Shown here: positions 27,689-39,400 of the stretch, in pieces | Position numbering within the stretch: the first letter of the stretch is position 1 | Layout: every line of letters starts with the position of its first letter | NCBI GenBank assembly: GCA_963816185.1 | Contig: CAWFJJ010000028.1 | Location: forward strand, 448,001-512,000 | DNA from: Thermoanaerobaculia bacterium | GTDB taxonomy: Bacteria; Acidobacteriota; Thermoanaerobaculia; UBA5066 | Reading direction: 5' to 3' | DNA length: 64,000 nucleotides | Program-made: the position numbers and the translations under genes | The notes under the pieces: generated by a model | The model's input: only the letters and a program-made list of their open reading frames with translations | What the model was told of the DNA's origin: nothing | Database searches by the model: none

Positions 27689-29992
27689 GTGTTGCGGCGC
27701 GTGGATCGCTACGTCTTCCGCGAGGTTCTGGCGCCCACGTTCGTGGGCTTCCTCGCGTACACGGGCTTCATGGCCGTCCGGGGTCTCGTGCAGTTCTCGG
27801 AGCTGCTCGTGCAGAGCGAGCAGCCGTTCGTCGAGGCCGGCCTCGTCGTCGCCCTCTCGCTCCCGCACATCGTCGTCCTCACGCTTCCCATCGCGTTTCT
27901 CCTGGGGCTCCTCATCGGAATCGGACGGCTTTCAGCCGACTCCGAGCTGACCGCCCTTCGCGCCTCGGGCGTCGACCTGCTGTCCCTTTACAGACCGATC
28001 GCAATCCTCGCGGTCGCGATCGGCGCCGCGACGCTCGCGCTGATGCTCGGCGTCGTCCCGAGGACGAACCATCTCCTCTATGCGATGAAGCTCCGCCTCT
28101 CCAGCTTCGCGTTCGCCCAGCGCATCCAGCCGGGCGTCTTCAGCCCCGAGATCGCCGGATTCAGGGTTTACGCCGAGGGAGCTTCGCCCGACCGCCGGGA
28201 GCTCACGGGCCTCATCATCTCGGATCGCTCCAGCCCCGAGGGCGAAAGGCTGACGCTCGCAAAGCGAGGCTGGCTGGAGCTGGAGGAGGACCAGGGCCGG
28301 CTCTGGCTGCGCGTCGAGGACGCCGAGACCCATCACATGCAGGCGGGCGGCGCCCGATACGACATCACGTCCTTCTCGGAGCACCGCATGGTCCTCCAGG
28401 ACAACGGCCCGACCGGCGGCGTCACGGAAAAGCAGATCCGCGAGCAAACGCTGCGCGAGCTTCTCGAACGCGCCGCTGCCCGTACACGCCGGCCGGAGGA
28501 CCGCAGGCTCGCGCTCACGGAGGTCCACAAGAAGTTCGCTCTGCCGTCGGCGTGTCTCGTCTTCGGCCTCATCGGGCTGCCCCTCGGCATCGTCAACCGG
28601 CGCGGAGGGCGCGCGGCCGGGTTCGCCGTGTCCGTCGCGATCGTGCTTCTCTACTACGCCCTTCTCGCCACGGGCGAAGCGCGGGCGATCGAAGGCCGAA
28701 TGTCGCCGGCTCTCGCCATGTGGCTGCCAAACCTCATCCTTCTGGCGTTCGGCGCTTTCGCACTCGACCGCGTGCGGCGTGACAAGGAGATCTTCTCCTT
28801 TCCCATGAGCGCCGCCGCACCCGTCGCCGCGACCGCGACGCCGGCGTCCGGCCAGGCGCCCGTGGCCGAAAAGGGCCCGGGCCTCCCGGCCCGACGGGCT
28901 CCGTTTCCGGGCCTTCTCCTCATCGACCGCTACGTCGCACGGCGATTTCTCGGCACATTCGCCCTCGTCGTGACCTCGATCGCGACGCTCTACGTGCTGA
29001 TCGACTACCTCGAGATCTCCGACGACATCGCCCGCCATCGACCCCCGACGACTCTCATCCTGCGTTACTACCAGGCCTTCCTGTCTCCGATCATCCTAGA
29101 CATCGTGCCGTTCGCGTTTCTCGTGGCCGCGCTCGTGACCATCGCGAGCCTCGTACGCTCCGGCGAGACGACCGCACTTCTCGCGCACGGGGTCTCTCTC
29201 TATCGAACCACGGCTCCCCTTCTCGTGCTCGCCGTGGCGGCCGGAGCCGGACTCTTCGTTTTCGCCGAGCGCGTCGTTCCGGCGGCGGCTTCGGAATCCG
29301 ACCGAATCCGGTTCCTGCTCAAGGGACAGAAGCCTCCTCTCAGCGGGGCCGGCGGGGCCTGGTTCCGAGGCGACGGAGGACGCTTTCTCGCGGCGGACGC
29401 ATACGATCCCGCCTCTCGCGTCGCGAGCGGCGTCACGGTGCTTCAAATCGACCCCGCGAGATGGAGGCTCGTCTCACGCCACGACGCGACCCGGGCGCGC
29501 GTCGTGCCGGGCAAGGGCCTTCTCGCGGAAAGCGGTTGGATCCGGACGTTCTCGCCGGGCAACGTTCTGGCCATCCGGCGCGACGATCCGTTTTTGATCG
29601 AGGCGCCGGAGGCCGCCGCCGGCTTTGCCGCCGGACGGGCCGACCCGCGTCAAATGACGTTCCGTGAGCTCTCGCACTTCATCGACGTCCGTCGCAGGGC
29701 CGGGGCCGACACGGCGGCTCTTGCGACGGGTCTCCACCAGAAGACCGCGGTGGCGGCGTCCTCTCTTCTTCTCACGCTCATCGGACTCCCCTTCGCGTTC
29801 GCGTACGGAAAGCGCGGGGCCGTGGCGGGAGTCGGCGTCGCGCTTTTCCTCGGCCTGACGTATCTGTTCCTCTCCGCGCTTCTCGTCTCGTTCGGGCAGC
29901 AGGGCGCGATCCCGCCTTTCCTCGCTGCATGGGCCCCGAACATCTTCTTCGGTCTCGGCGCAGCGTGGGGATTGCTTGGAGTGAGAACGTAG
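27689..29992 (+). CDS. Fused LptF-LptG LPS export permease
   Basis: Two YjgP/YjgQ units, each beginning DRYV, with RLSADSELTALRASG and RSGETTALLAHG, and each ending AMWLPN / AAWAPN. Confidence 0.88.
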   Translation: MLRRVDRYVFREVLAPTFVGFLAYTGFMAVRGLVQFSELLVQSEQPFVEAGLVVALSLPHIVVLTLPIAFLLGLLIGIGRLSADSELTALRASGVDLLSLYRPIAILAVAIGAATLALMLGVVPRTNHLLYAMKLRLSSFAFAQRIQPGVFSPEIAGFRVYAEGASPDRRELTGLIISDRSSPEGERLTLAKRGWLELEEDQGRLWLRVEDAETHHMQAGGARYDITSFSEHRMVLQDNGPTGGVTEKQIREQTLRELLERAAARTRRPEDRRLALTEVHKKFALPSACLVFGLIGLPLGIVNRRGGRAAGFAVSVAIVLLYYALLATGEARAIEGRMSPALAMWLPNLILLAFGAFALDRVRRDKEIFSFPMSAAAPVAATATPASGQAPVAEKGPGLPARRAPFPGLLLIDRYVARRFLGTFALVVTSIATLYVLIDYLEISDDIARHRPPTTLILRYYQAFLSPIILDIVPFAFLVAALVTIASLVRSGETTALLAHGVSLYRTTAPLLVLAVAAGAGLFVFAERVVPAAASESDRIRFLLKGQKPPLSGAGGAWFRGDGGRFLAADAYDPASRVASGVTVLQIDPARWRLVSRHDATRARVVPGKGLLAESGWIRTFSPGNVLAIRRDDPFLIEAPEAAAGFAAGRADPRQMTFRELSHFIDVRRRAGADTAALATGLHQKTAVAASSLLLTLIGLPFAFAYGKRGAVAGVGVALFLGLTYLFLSALLVSFGQQGAIPPFLAAWAPNIFFGLGAAWGLLGVRT

Positions 29993-30010
29993 GAACAATT
30001 AGGAAGATAG

Positions 30011-30165
30011 GAGAAAGAGAAGACAGAGATTTTCTTAGAAGGTGCCCGTGCCGGGATGAACTGGCCGCGCCGCGCCGACAAGGCGGCCCGCGCCCCAACG
30101 CGGCCGGCGCTGGATGGGCGTTCCCCCTGCCCTATTACCTTCTAGGAAATCATCCTCTTTCTCTT
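30011..30165. repeat. Paired-arm motif between convergent lptFG and ahcY
   Basis: GAGATTTTCTTAGAAGGT (core 30032) ... CCCTATTACCTTCTAGGAAATC (core 30140), with complementary GA-rich and TC-rich flanks. Confidence 0.85.
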
Positions 30166-30177
30166 CGGTCTCCCGTC

Positions 30178-31545
<1,368 letters not shown>

Positions 31546-31569
31546 TCAGGAAACATCAGTCAGCGAGCG

Positions 31570-32652
31570 TCAATCAGAGTGTCGGGTCCGAAGAGGACCC
31601 TTCTTCGAATGGTGAATAGGGCTGGGCGCCGCCGGGGCCTTGCTCGTCGGAGCCGGGCTTGCCGAAATCTCTTTCCTTCTAAGAAGATCTCTCGTGGTCT
31701 CTCGTCTTCGTCCGCCGTCCCGGACGGCGTCGACGATGTACGTGGCAAGAGCGACCTCCCCGGAGACCGTGGAGACCCGGTAGGGAGCAAATGCCGAGAA
31801 GCGCGCATCGGCGAAGCCTGCGCGCCCGAGGCCGCCGCGAATGGTCTCGCGCGGCAGTCCGAGGTGCTGCGCGCCGGTCACGGCGCGCAGCGCACGCAGG
31901 CCGTGGGGCTCGAGCTCGACGAGGACCACGCGACCGCCCGGCTTCATCGTGCGCCCGAGCTCCGCGAGCGCGTCCGCCGGCCGGACGAGATGCCGGAGAA
32001 GGTGAAACGCGAAGATCGCGTCGAACGCTCCGTCGTCGAACGGCAGCTTCTCGGCGCGCGCGCGCCGCACCGTCACGTTCGCCGCGCCTGCGCGCCGGAG
32101 CTTCGCCCGCGCGAGGCGGACCATGCGTTCGCTCGCGTCTACGGCTTCGACCGTCTCCGCCACGCCGGCAAGCGTGAGGGTCAGAAGTCCCGTGCCGCAG
32201 CCGACGTCGGCGACCCGGAGGCCGCGCGGCACGAGCCTGAGGAGCGCCGCCTCGCGAACTCCCGGCGAATAGAACGGGCCCTGAAACCGGTCCCACTCTC
32301 CCGCGACCGCGTCGAAGCTCACGTCCGGAAGCGCCGTGGCACGCTCTTCGAGGACGTCCCTCAGCCGCTCGTCGTCGGACCGAAACGCAGGATCCGTGAC
32401 GGCCGAAGCCACCGACAGCCAGAGCTTCCGCCCGTCACCCGTCGCCGCGTAACGCTCGGACCCGGTCGTACGGCGCGTTTCGACGAGACCGGCGCGCCTC
32501 AGCACGGCGAGGTGGTTCGAGACGCGCGATTGAGCCGCCCCGAGGATCCGCTGGATCTCCCGAACGTGCAGCTCCTCGCCGGCGAGAAGCCGAACCGCCC
32601 GTAGGCGCAACGGGTCGGCGAGGGCGGACAGGGCGACCGTGGACTCCAGCAC
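31570..32652 (-). CDS. ArsR-HTH plus SAM-methyltransferase-fold regulator (SahR-like)
   Basis: LADPLRLR, QSRVSNHL.VLR.AGLV, ADVGCGTG, HLG; located between metK and ahcY. Confidence 0.85.
   Translation of the reverse strand: MLESTVALSALADPLRLRAVRLLAGEELHVREIQRILGAAQSRVSNHLAVLRRAGLVETRRTTGSERYAATGDGRKLWLSVASAVTDPAFRSDDERLRDVLEERATALPDVSFDAVAGEWDRFQGPFYSPGVREAALLRLVPRGLRVADVGCGTGLLTLTLAGVAETVEAVDASERMVRLARAKLRRAGAANVTVRRARAEKLPFDDGAFDAIFAFHLLRHLVRPADALAELGRTMKPGGRVVLVELEPHGLRALRAVTGAQHLGLPRETIRGGLGRAGFADARFSAFAPYRVSTVSGEVALATYIVDAVRDGGRRRETTRDLLRRKEISASPAPTSKAPAAPSPIHHSKKGPLRTRHSD
31598..31693. repeat. Paired-arm motif in the 3' end of the sahR-like gene
   Basis: TTCTTCGAATGGTGAATAGGG (core 31601) ... 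CCTTCTAAGAAGATCTCTC (core 31677). Confidence 0.75.
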
Positions 32653-32669
32653 CGCGAGACCATATCACA

Positions 32670-32689
32670 TGATCACGTTTGTCTGATAT
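32670..32689 (-). promoter_or_regulatory. Putative SahR-type operator (ATCA-N8-TGAT)
   Basis: Minus strand ATATCAGACAAACGTGATCA, ending 17 nt upstream of the regulator start codon. Confidence 0.6.
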
Positions 32690-32718
32690 TAAGACGGGGA
32701 AAGAGTTGCTTCCTATAT

Positions 32719-32834
32719 TCGGGGCTGCTGATGCAGCCCCGATAGTAGAAAATTTTCTTCCCGAATGGCCGATGTCAAGGGCGCGCTTCGCGCGCCGCGC
32801 AGCGGTCGGAGACCCTTGACATCGGTCATTCGGG
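32719..32834. repeat. Two hairpins: perfect 10-bp stem (32719-32742) and 22-bp inverted repeat (32760-32781 / 32813-32834)
   Basis: TCGGGGCTGC-tgat-GCAGCCCCGA; CCCGAATGGCCGATGTCAAGGG ... CCCTTGACATCGGTCATTCGGG with 1 mismatch. Confidence 0.85.
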
Positions 32835-32880
32835 GGAAAACGCCTACCTCGAGATGCCGCGAGCCGCAGGCTCTCCCGAG

Positions 32881-32915
32881 CCCTATTTTCTTTCTAAGAA
32901 GAATCTCTTCTTTTC
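32881..32915. repeat. Right arm of the paired motif downstream of metK
   Basis: CCCTATTTTCTTTCTAAGAAGAATCTC (core 32892). Confidence 0.7.
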
Positions 32916-34082
32916 TCAGGCCGTCGCCGGCACCGCCGCGCGGAAGGCGGCCGCCAGAGACTCTGCCTTGTCAGTGCGCTCCCACGTGAACTCCGGGAGA
33001 CGGCGGCCGAAATGGCCGTACGCCGCGGTCTTCTTGAAGATGGGGCGACGCAGGTCGAGCGCGTCGATGATGCCTTTCGGCGTGAGCTTGAAGTGCTCGC
33101 GCACGAGCTTCGAGAGCGCCGCCGGATCGACATTCGAGGTCCCGAACGTCTCGACGAGGACCGACACGGGATCTGCCACGCCGATCGCGTAGGCGAGCTG
33201 GACTTCCACCTTGTCCGCCAGGCCGGCGGCCACGAGGTTCTTCGCGATGTAGCGCGCCATGTAAGAGGCGGAGCGGTCCACCTTCGTGGCGTCCTTGCCC
33301 GAGAAAGCGCCGCCGCCGTGGCGCCCGAAGCCCCCGTACGTGTCGACGATGATCTTGCGGCCCGTCAGTCCGGTGTCGCCCTGAGGCCCTCCTACGACGA
33401 AGCGGCCCGTCGGATTGATGTGGAACTTCGTGTTGTCGTCGAGGAGGGCCGCGGGCATGACCGGCCGGATGATCTCCTCACGCACGGCCTCGCGCAGCTC
33501 GGGCGTGGGAACCGTCTCCGCGTGCTGCGTCGAGATGACCACGGCTTCCACACGTACGGGCCGATCGCCTTCGTATTCGACCGTGACCTGGCTCTTGCCG
33601 TCGGGGCGTAGCCACTCGAGGGTCTTCGACTTGCGGGCCTCGGCGAGGCGCATCGTCAGCTTGTGCGCGAGCGTGATCGGAAGAGGCATGAACTCCTCGG
33701 TCTCCCGCACGGCGAGCCCGAACATGAGGCCCTGATCGCCTGCGCCGCCGGTATCGACCCCCATGGCGATGTCCGGTGATTGCTTGTCGATCGTCGAGAT
33801 GACGGCGCACGTCTCGTAGTCGAATCCGTATTTCGCTCGGGTATAGCCGACGTCGCGGATCGTCTCGCGCACGATGCCCGGGATGTCCACGTACGTCTTC
33901 GTCGTGATCTCACCCGCGATCAGCGCGAGGCCCGTCGTGACGAGCGTCTCGCACGCGACCCGCCCGAGGGGATCGTCCTTGAGGATCGCGTCGAGGATCG
34001 CGTCCGAGATCTGGTCGGCGATCTTGTCCGGGTGGCCTTCCGTGACCGATTCCGACGTGAAGAGACTGCGGTTCTTTGCCAT
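32916..34082 (-). CDS. metK: S-adenosylmethionine synthetase
   Basis: [35 protein letters not shown]. Confidence 0.97.
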   Translation of the reverse strand: MAKNRSLFTSESVTEGHPDKIADQISDAILDAILKDDPLGRVACETLVTTGLALIAGEITTKTYVDIPGIVRETIRDVGYTRAKYGFDYETCAVISTIDKQSPDIAMGVDTGGAGDQGLMFGLAVRETEEFMPLPITLAHKLTMRLAEARKSKTLEWLRPDGKSQVTVEYEGDRPVRVEAVVISTQHAETVPTPELREAVREEIIRPVMPAALLDDNTKFHINPTGRFVVGGPQGDTGLTGRKIIVDTYGGFGRHGGGAFSGKDATKVDRSASYMARYIAKNLVAAGLADKVEVQLAYAIGVADPVSVLVETFGTSNVDPAALSKLVREHFKLTPKGIIDALDLRRPIFKKTAAYGHFGRRLPEFTWERTDKAESLAAAFRAAVPATA

Positions 34083-34145
34083 GGTTCTACGCTCCGAGAG
34101 CCGCTCTGCGGCGAAGCGCGGAGTTTAGCAGGGCGGGCGATCCCC

Positions 34146-34781
34146 TCAAGGGCGAAAGATCAGGAAACGCGTCGTGCCGTAACGCCGGTGGCCCGCCGGG
34201 GCGAGCCCAAAAGGGCAAAGGACCTTGTCGTCCCCCCGCTCGTGAAAGAGCCAGCCTCCCGAGCGCACGAGCGGGATCAGACGCTGAAGGTCGGATTCGG
34301 AGGATTCGGAATCTTCTTTGAAAGGAGGATCGTGGAAGACGACGTCGAATCCGGTCTCGCCGCGGCGGGTGTGATCCTCTGCAAATTTCTTAGAAGGTAA
34401 GAGGTCTGCGGCGCTGCGCTCGACGCGAGCCGCCTGCGGCGCGCCGCGACCCTCGTGCTCTTCTACATCTGAAGAGAATCTCTCTACGGACATCACCTCT
34501 ATGCGAGATGTCTCCCCCGCACCGAGCCGTTCCACGTTCCCCCTCAAGACTCTCGCGACGGCACGATCCACCTCGACGAACGTGGCGTGCGCGGCGCCCC
34601 GCGAAAGCGCCTCCAGGCCGTAGGCTCCGGAGCCCGCGCACGCGTCGAGCACTCTGGCGCCGACGACCGCCTCCCCGAGGATGTCGAACGCCGCCTTGCG
34701 CGTGAGCTCGGTCGTCGGGCGGATACCCGCCGGAATCGCCAGCTTTCGTCCGCGCCAGATGCCGGCGGTGACGCGCACCAA
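34146..34781 (-). CDS. rsmD: 16S rRNA m2G966 methyltransferase RsmD family, with internal insertion
   Basis: RVTAGIWRGRKL, RPT, LDACAGSGAYGLEALSRGA, FDVVFHDPPF, RYGTT. Confidence 0.85.
   Translation of the reverse strand: MVRVTAGIWRGRKLAIPAGIRPTTELTRKAAFDILGEAVVGARVLDACAGSGAYGLEALSRGAAHATFVEVDRAVARVLRGNVERLGAGETSRIEVMSVERFSSDVEEHEGRGAPQAARVERSAADLLPSKKFAEDHTRRGETGFDVVFHDPPFKEDSESSESDLQRLIPLVRSGGWLFHERGDDKVLCPFGLAPAGHRRYGTTRFLIFRP
34310..34485. repeat. Paired-arm motif cluster inside rsmD
   Basis: TTCTTTGAAAGG (core 34314); AATTTCTTAGAAGGTAAGAGG (core 34387); degenerate right arm TCTGAAGAGAATCTCTC near 34468. Confidence 0.65.
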
Positions 34782-34783
34782 CC

Positions 34784-35527
34784 TCAGCGCCTCGCGGCGG
34801 GCGAAGGCATTGGAGGCCGCGAACCGGCGACGGCCGGATCCTCGAAGAGGCGCGGGATGTCGCCGCGATACACGAAGATCCCCAGCTTGTGGCTCCCCTC
34901 CTCGCCGCTTGCGTCGAGCTCCTCCAGCTCGAAGTCGTGATCCAGAGCGTCGTCGTGGACGACGCGGTACCAGACGCCGTCGGCCCGTCTCCGAAGGAAA
35001 GAGCCGTCCCTGAGGGCGCTCGTGTCCCACTTCGTCTCGGCGAGATCCTGCTTCTCGAACCGCGACCGGAGGTCCTCGAGCGCTCCCCGCGCTCTCCCAA
35101 CCGCCAGCGGCAGCGACGTGAGATCGTCATACTTGTAGATGCGCGAGCCTCCGGCCGGATCCGCGACCTCGATCTTGATGCGCCGCGCCTGCGCATCTCC
35201 GAGGGCCGACCGGCTCGGGTCCTCGACGTCGCTCGCGCGTACGGCCAGAGCCTCGAGACAAACCCTCCGCACCAGGGCGATCTCCTCAGGCGAGATCGCC
35301 TTGCGATCGACGATCCGCTCGGTGCGGTATCCGCGGACCCTCACGAGCGTCCCGTCGTCGAAGAGCGCCACGCGCTCCATCCCGATGCCCTGCCGGGACT
35401 CGAGCGCCGCGATGAGATGAGGATCGCGCTTCTCCGGCGTCGGCGTCGGAAGAGCCGTCGGTGTCGGTGCGGGCGACGGAGAGGGAGCCGCCGCCAACAG
35501 CACCGCGAGGAGCACGGACCCGGTCAT
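34784..35527 (-). CDS. Hypothetical secreted protein
   Basis: Signal-peptide-like start followed by a Pro/Thr linker; translationally coupled to the upstream gene. Confidence 0.6.
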   Translation of the reverse strand: MTGSVLLAVLLAAAPSPSPAPTPTALPTPTPEKRDPHLIAALESRQGIGMERVALFDDGTLVRVRGYRTERIVDRKAISPEEIALVRRVCLEALAVRASDVEDPSRSALGDAQARRIKIEVADPAGGSRIYKYDDLTSLPLAVGRARGALEDLRSRFEKQDLAETKWDTSALRDGSFLRRRADGVWYRVVHDDALDHDFELEELDASGEEGSHKLGIFVYRGDIPRLFEDPAVAGSRPPMPSPAARR

Positions 35528-36495
35528 CGGACTTCCGCTTCTGCGGCGCGCCTCAAGGCTTTCGGGAAGTTCAGCCGGGAGGCGACAGCCGCGCGCTCGA
35601 CCGCGGTCAGCGGCGCGAGGAGGCGTCTCCAGGAGATTTCTGCTTTCGGACGCTCGGGCTCCTGGCGGTGCGCGTCGAGAAATGCCGGAGCAGAGCGAGA
35701 GGTGGTTTTTTTCTTTGAAGGTGAGTGGGGGATCGTCCAGCCGGGGAGCACGTCGCCAAAGAGTTCGAGCTCAGCCGCGAGCCCGAGCGAGCGGTCCCAA
35801 TACCCTTCTAAGAAAATCTCCTCGAATCCCCTGCGCATTCGGTCGCCGGAAAGAGCTGCGAACGAACCTGCGGCACGCGCCTTCTTGAGGGCTTTCCCGA
35901 ATTCCCCGTCCCACGCGAAACCCAGCCTCACGGCATATCTCACGGCCCGATAGGCGCGCGTCGGGTCGTCGACCAGGGAGTTCGGGTGAAGGAGCCGGAG
36001 CGTCTTGGACGAGAGATCCCTGCGGCCGCCGAACGGATCGAGGACCGTTCCCGTCAGGCCGCGCTTACCCACCCGCCGGGCCATGGCATTGATCGTGAAG
36101 TCGCGGCGGCTGAGATCCTCCTCGATCGTGGTCGTGCCCGTGACGACGGGCAGGCTCGCGGGCGCCGGATACTCCTCGCGGCGCGTCGCGGCGACGTCCA
36201 CGCGCAAGCCGCCGGGCGCCCGGAGCCTCGCCGTGCCGAACCGCGCATGCGATTTCTCGAGCGTCCAGCCGGGCAGGGCTCCGAGACGCGTCGCGAGCTC
36301 GAGAGCGGTCGCGGCGGCCGCCTCCACGGCGAGATCCACGTCCTGAAGCGGGCGGCCGAGGAGCATGTCGCGCAGCGCCCCTCCGACGAACCACAACCCC
36401 ACCTCACGCCGGTCCGCGATTTCACCCACGCGCACGAGCTGGGCGGCGACCTCCTCGGCGGCGAACGCGAGCGCGAGCTCGTCCTCGGCGGTCAT
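35524..36495 (-). CDS. tRNA nucleotidyltransferase / poly(A) polymerase family protein
   Basis: VGGALRD, DVD, FGT, DLSRRDFTINAMA, DPFGG..DL, DDPTR..RA.RYA.R. Confidence 0.88.
   Translation of the reverse strand: MTAEDELALAFAAEEVAAQLVRVGEIADRREVGLWFVGGALRDMLLGRPLQDVDLAVEAAAATALELATRLGALPGWTLEKSHARFGTARLRAPGGLRVDVAATRREEYPAPASLPVVTGTTTIEEDLSRRDFTINAMARRVGKRGLTGTVLDPFGGRRDLSSKTLRLLHPNSLVDDPTRAYRAVRYAVRLGFAWDGEFGKALKKARAAGSFAALSGDRMRRGFEEIFLEGYWDRSLGLAAELELFGDVLPGWTIPHSPSKKKTTSRSAPAFLDAHRQEPERPKAEISWRRLLAPLTAVERAAVASRLNFPKALRRAAEAEVR
35706..35823. repeat. Paired-arm motif inside the nucleotidyltransferase gene
   Basis: TTTTTTCTTTGAAGGTGAGTGGGG (core 35711) ... CCCTTCTAAGAAAATCTC (core 35806). 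Confidence 0.8.
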
Positions 36496-39400
36496 GAAGA
36501 GGCCGCGTAGGAATATCGGACGGAGTTCGGGCCCAGAAGAGTCTCCATCGAGACGGTGAACTCGGGCGTCGGTCGCACCCACAGGTCGCGACGGATCTTG
36601 TGCCGTGCGACGAACTGGCCCGGGCGCCGCTCCTCAAGCGAGACGGGTACCGAGCCCGGATACCTTCTCAGTATCCTCTCGAGCGTCTCCTCATCGAAAG
36701 TCTCGAAGTTCGGAGGGACGATCAGGACCTCCTTCGCGCCCTGCTCCTTGAGTCCCTCGAGAGGCTGGATCTCGCGCGCGATGATCTCGATCGGCATACC
36801 GGCGGCTTCGTTCTCCGACGGATCGTGCGTCGCGCCGCCGGGCGCCATCGCGAGGCGAACCGTTCCGGTGACGAGCACGGGCCGGCCCGGCGCGAGCCAA
36901 GACCCTACCCGCTCGAGAAGGCCCGCGAAGACGGTCACCGGCACGGAGCCCGTGAGGTCCTCGACGATGGCCTTCGCCATCATCTTCCCCTCGTTCTGGC
37001 CCTTCTTGATCTGGCTTTTCTTCACCGTCCCGACGAGCCCGACGAGCTTCACCTGCGCGTCGAGGCGCTCGCGCAGCGTTTCGCACGTCACGTCGCCGAA
37101 CATCCGGATCTCGTCCTCGAAGCGTGCGAGGGGATGGCCCGTGATGTAGAAGCCGAGCGTCTCTTTCTCGTAGCGGATCTTCTCGTCGACGCTCCATTCC
37201 GGTTTGTCGGGAAATTGATCCTCGACCCGCGTTTCCTTCGGAACGTCGAAGAGGAGAGCCTGGCTCGACGACGCGGCCTCGCGGGCGTCGGCCGCCACGT
37301 CGATCGCATGGTCGAGACCGTCGAGAAACGCGGCTCGGCTCTTTCCGAGGGAGTCGAAGCAGCCCGACTTGATCAGCGCCTCGATGACCCTCCTGTTGTT
37401 CAGGCGAAGGTCGACGCGCGAGCAGAAATCCGTCATGGACTTGAACGGGCCGTCGCCCGCGCGCGCCGCGAGGACGGAGGCGACGGCGCCCTCCCCCACC
37501 CCCTTCACGGCTCCGAGACCGAACCGAATGGCGGATCCGTCCGGCGTGAACGAGAGGTCCGACGCGTTGACGTCCGGCGGCAGCACGGGAATCTTCATGT
37601 CGCGGCAGGTGTTCACGTACTTCACGACGTCGTCCGAGCTGCCCGAGTTGGCGGTGAGCGTGGCCGCGAGGAACTCCACCGGGTGGTGCACCTTCATCCA
37701 GGCCGTTCGGTACGCGAGAAGCGCATAGACGACCGAGTGCGACTTGTTGAAGCCGTAGCGGCCGAAAGGCAGGATGAGCGCCCACAGCTCCTCGGCCTTT
37801 CTCTTGGGCGTCCCGTTCGCGACCGCCTTCTTGATGAACTTGTCGCCTTCGGCCTTGAGAAGCGCCTCGTCCTTCTTCCCGATTGCCTTTCGGAGCTTGT
37901 CCGCCTCGCCGGGCGAGTAGCCGGCCACGGCGCGCGCCGCGAGCATGACCTGCTCCTGATAGACGAGGACGCCGTACGTGTCCTTGAGGATCGGCTCGAG
38001 CTGCGGCAGGGGGTACTCGAACTTCGTCCCGCGGCGACGCTGGATGTAGACCTCGACGGTCCCGGCGTCGAGCGCACCGGGCCGATAGAGCGCGTTGAGC
38101 GCGGCGAGGTCGTCGAACACCTCGGGTCTCACCCGGCGGAGCAGGTCGCGCATGCCCGACGACTCGAACTGGAAGACTCCGTCCGTGCGCCCGTCCGCAA
38201 AAAGCCGGTAGACCTCGGGATCGTCGAGCGGAATGGTGCTCAAGTCGGGGCGCTTTCCCGTTTTCTTCGCGACGAAGCGCAGGGCGTCGTCGAGGATCGT
38301 CAGCGTGATCAGGCCGAGGAAGTCCATCTTGAGAAGGCCCATCCGATCGACCGACTTCATCTCGAACTGGGTCGTGATCTCGTCGTTGCTGTTGCGGTAG
38401 AGCGGGAGGTACTCGACGAGCGGCTTCGGGGCGATCAGGATCCCTGCCGCGTGGACCCCCGCGTGGCGGGATACGCCTTCGAGCCGTTCGCCCAGGTCGA
38501 AGAGGCGGCGATAGGTCTCGTTACCCCTCAGGGCTTCCGCCAGCTCCTTCACGTCGCGCCGCGCCTCGGCGAGCATCGTCGGCTTGCCCGGATTCGCGGG
38601 GATCAGCGAGCAAAGCCGGTTCACCTCGGCGAGCGGGACGTCGAGGACCCGGCCCACGTCGCGAATGACGGCCCGCGCCTTCATCGAGTTGAACGTGATG
38701 ATCTGGCCGACGTTCTCGCGCCCGTACTTTCCCCGCACGTATTCGATGACCTCGCCGCGGCGGCGCTCGCAGAGGTCGACGTCGATGTCGGGCATCGAGA
38801 TGCGGTCCGGGTTCAGGAATCGCTCGAAGAGGAGGTCGTACGCGAGCGGGTCGACGTCCGTGATCGCGAGCGCGTACGCGACGAGCGAGCCCGCCGCGCT
38901 CCCCCGGCCCGGGCCCACCGGAATTCCCTCGTCCTTCGCGTACTTGATGAAATCCCAGACGATCAGAAAATAGCTCGAGAGGCCCATCTTGCGGATGACC
39001 GAGAGCTCCCACGCCAGCCGCTCGTCGTATTCGTGCCGGGACTTCTTCGCGGTTCCGCTCTCGAACGCCGCGCGCTGGGGTTCGAGCCGCCGATCCAGCC
39101 CCTCCTTTGCGAGGTCCTCGAGATACGCCTCCGGCGTGCGGTCGCCTCCGGGGACGGGAAACGTCGGGATCTTGAGTCCCGTGTCCAGGATGACGCTGGG
39201 CGTGACGCGCTCGGCGATGGCGGCGGTGTTCTTCACGGCTTCGAGCGTGAGCGGGCGGAACACGTCGCTCATCTCCTCGGGGTTCTTCACGTAGAACTCC
39301 GAGTTGTAGAACTTCATCCGCTTCGTGTCGTTGAGGGTCTTTCCCATCCCGATACACAGAAGGACGTCCTGCGCGGCCGCGTCGTCGCGCGTCAGGTAGT

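Noticed and set aside
27689-29992. LptF-LptG fusion as a novelty
   Set aside because: Fused LptF/G is already known in some lineages, including Acidobacteriota; useful only as a taxonomic hint.
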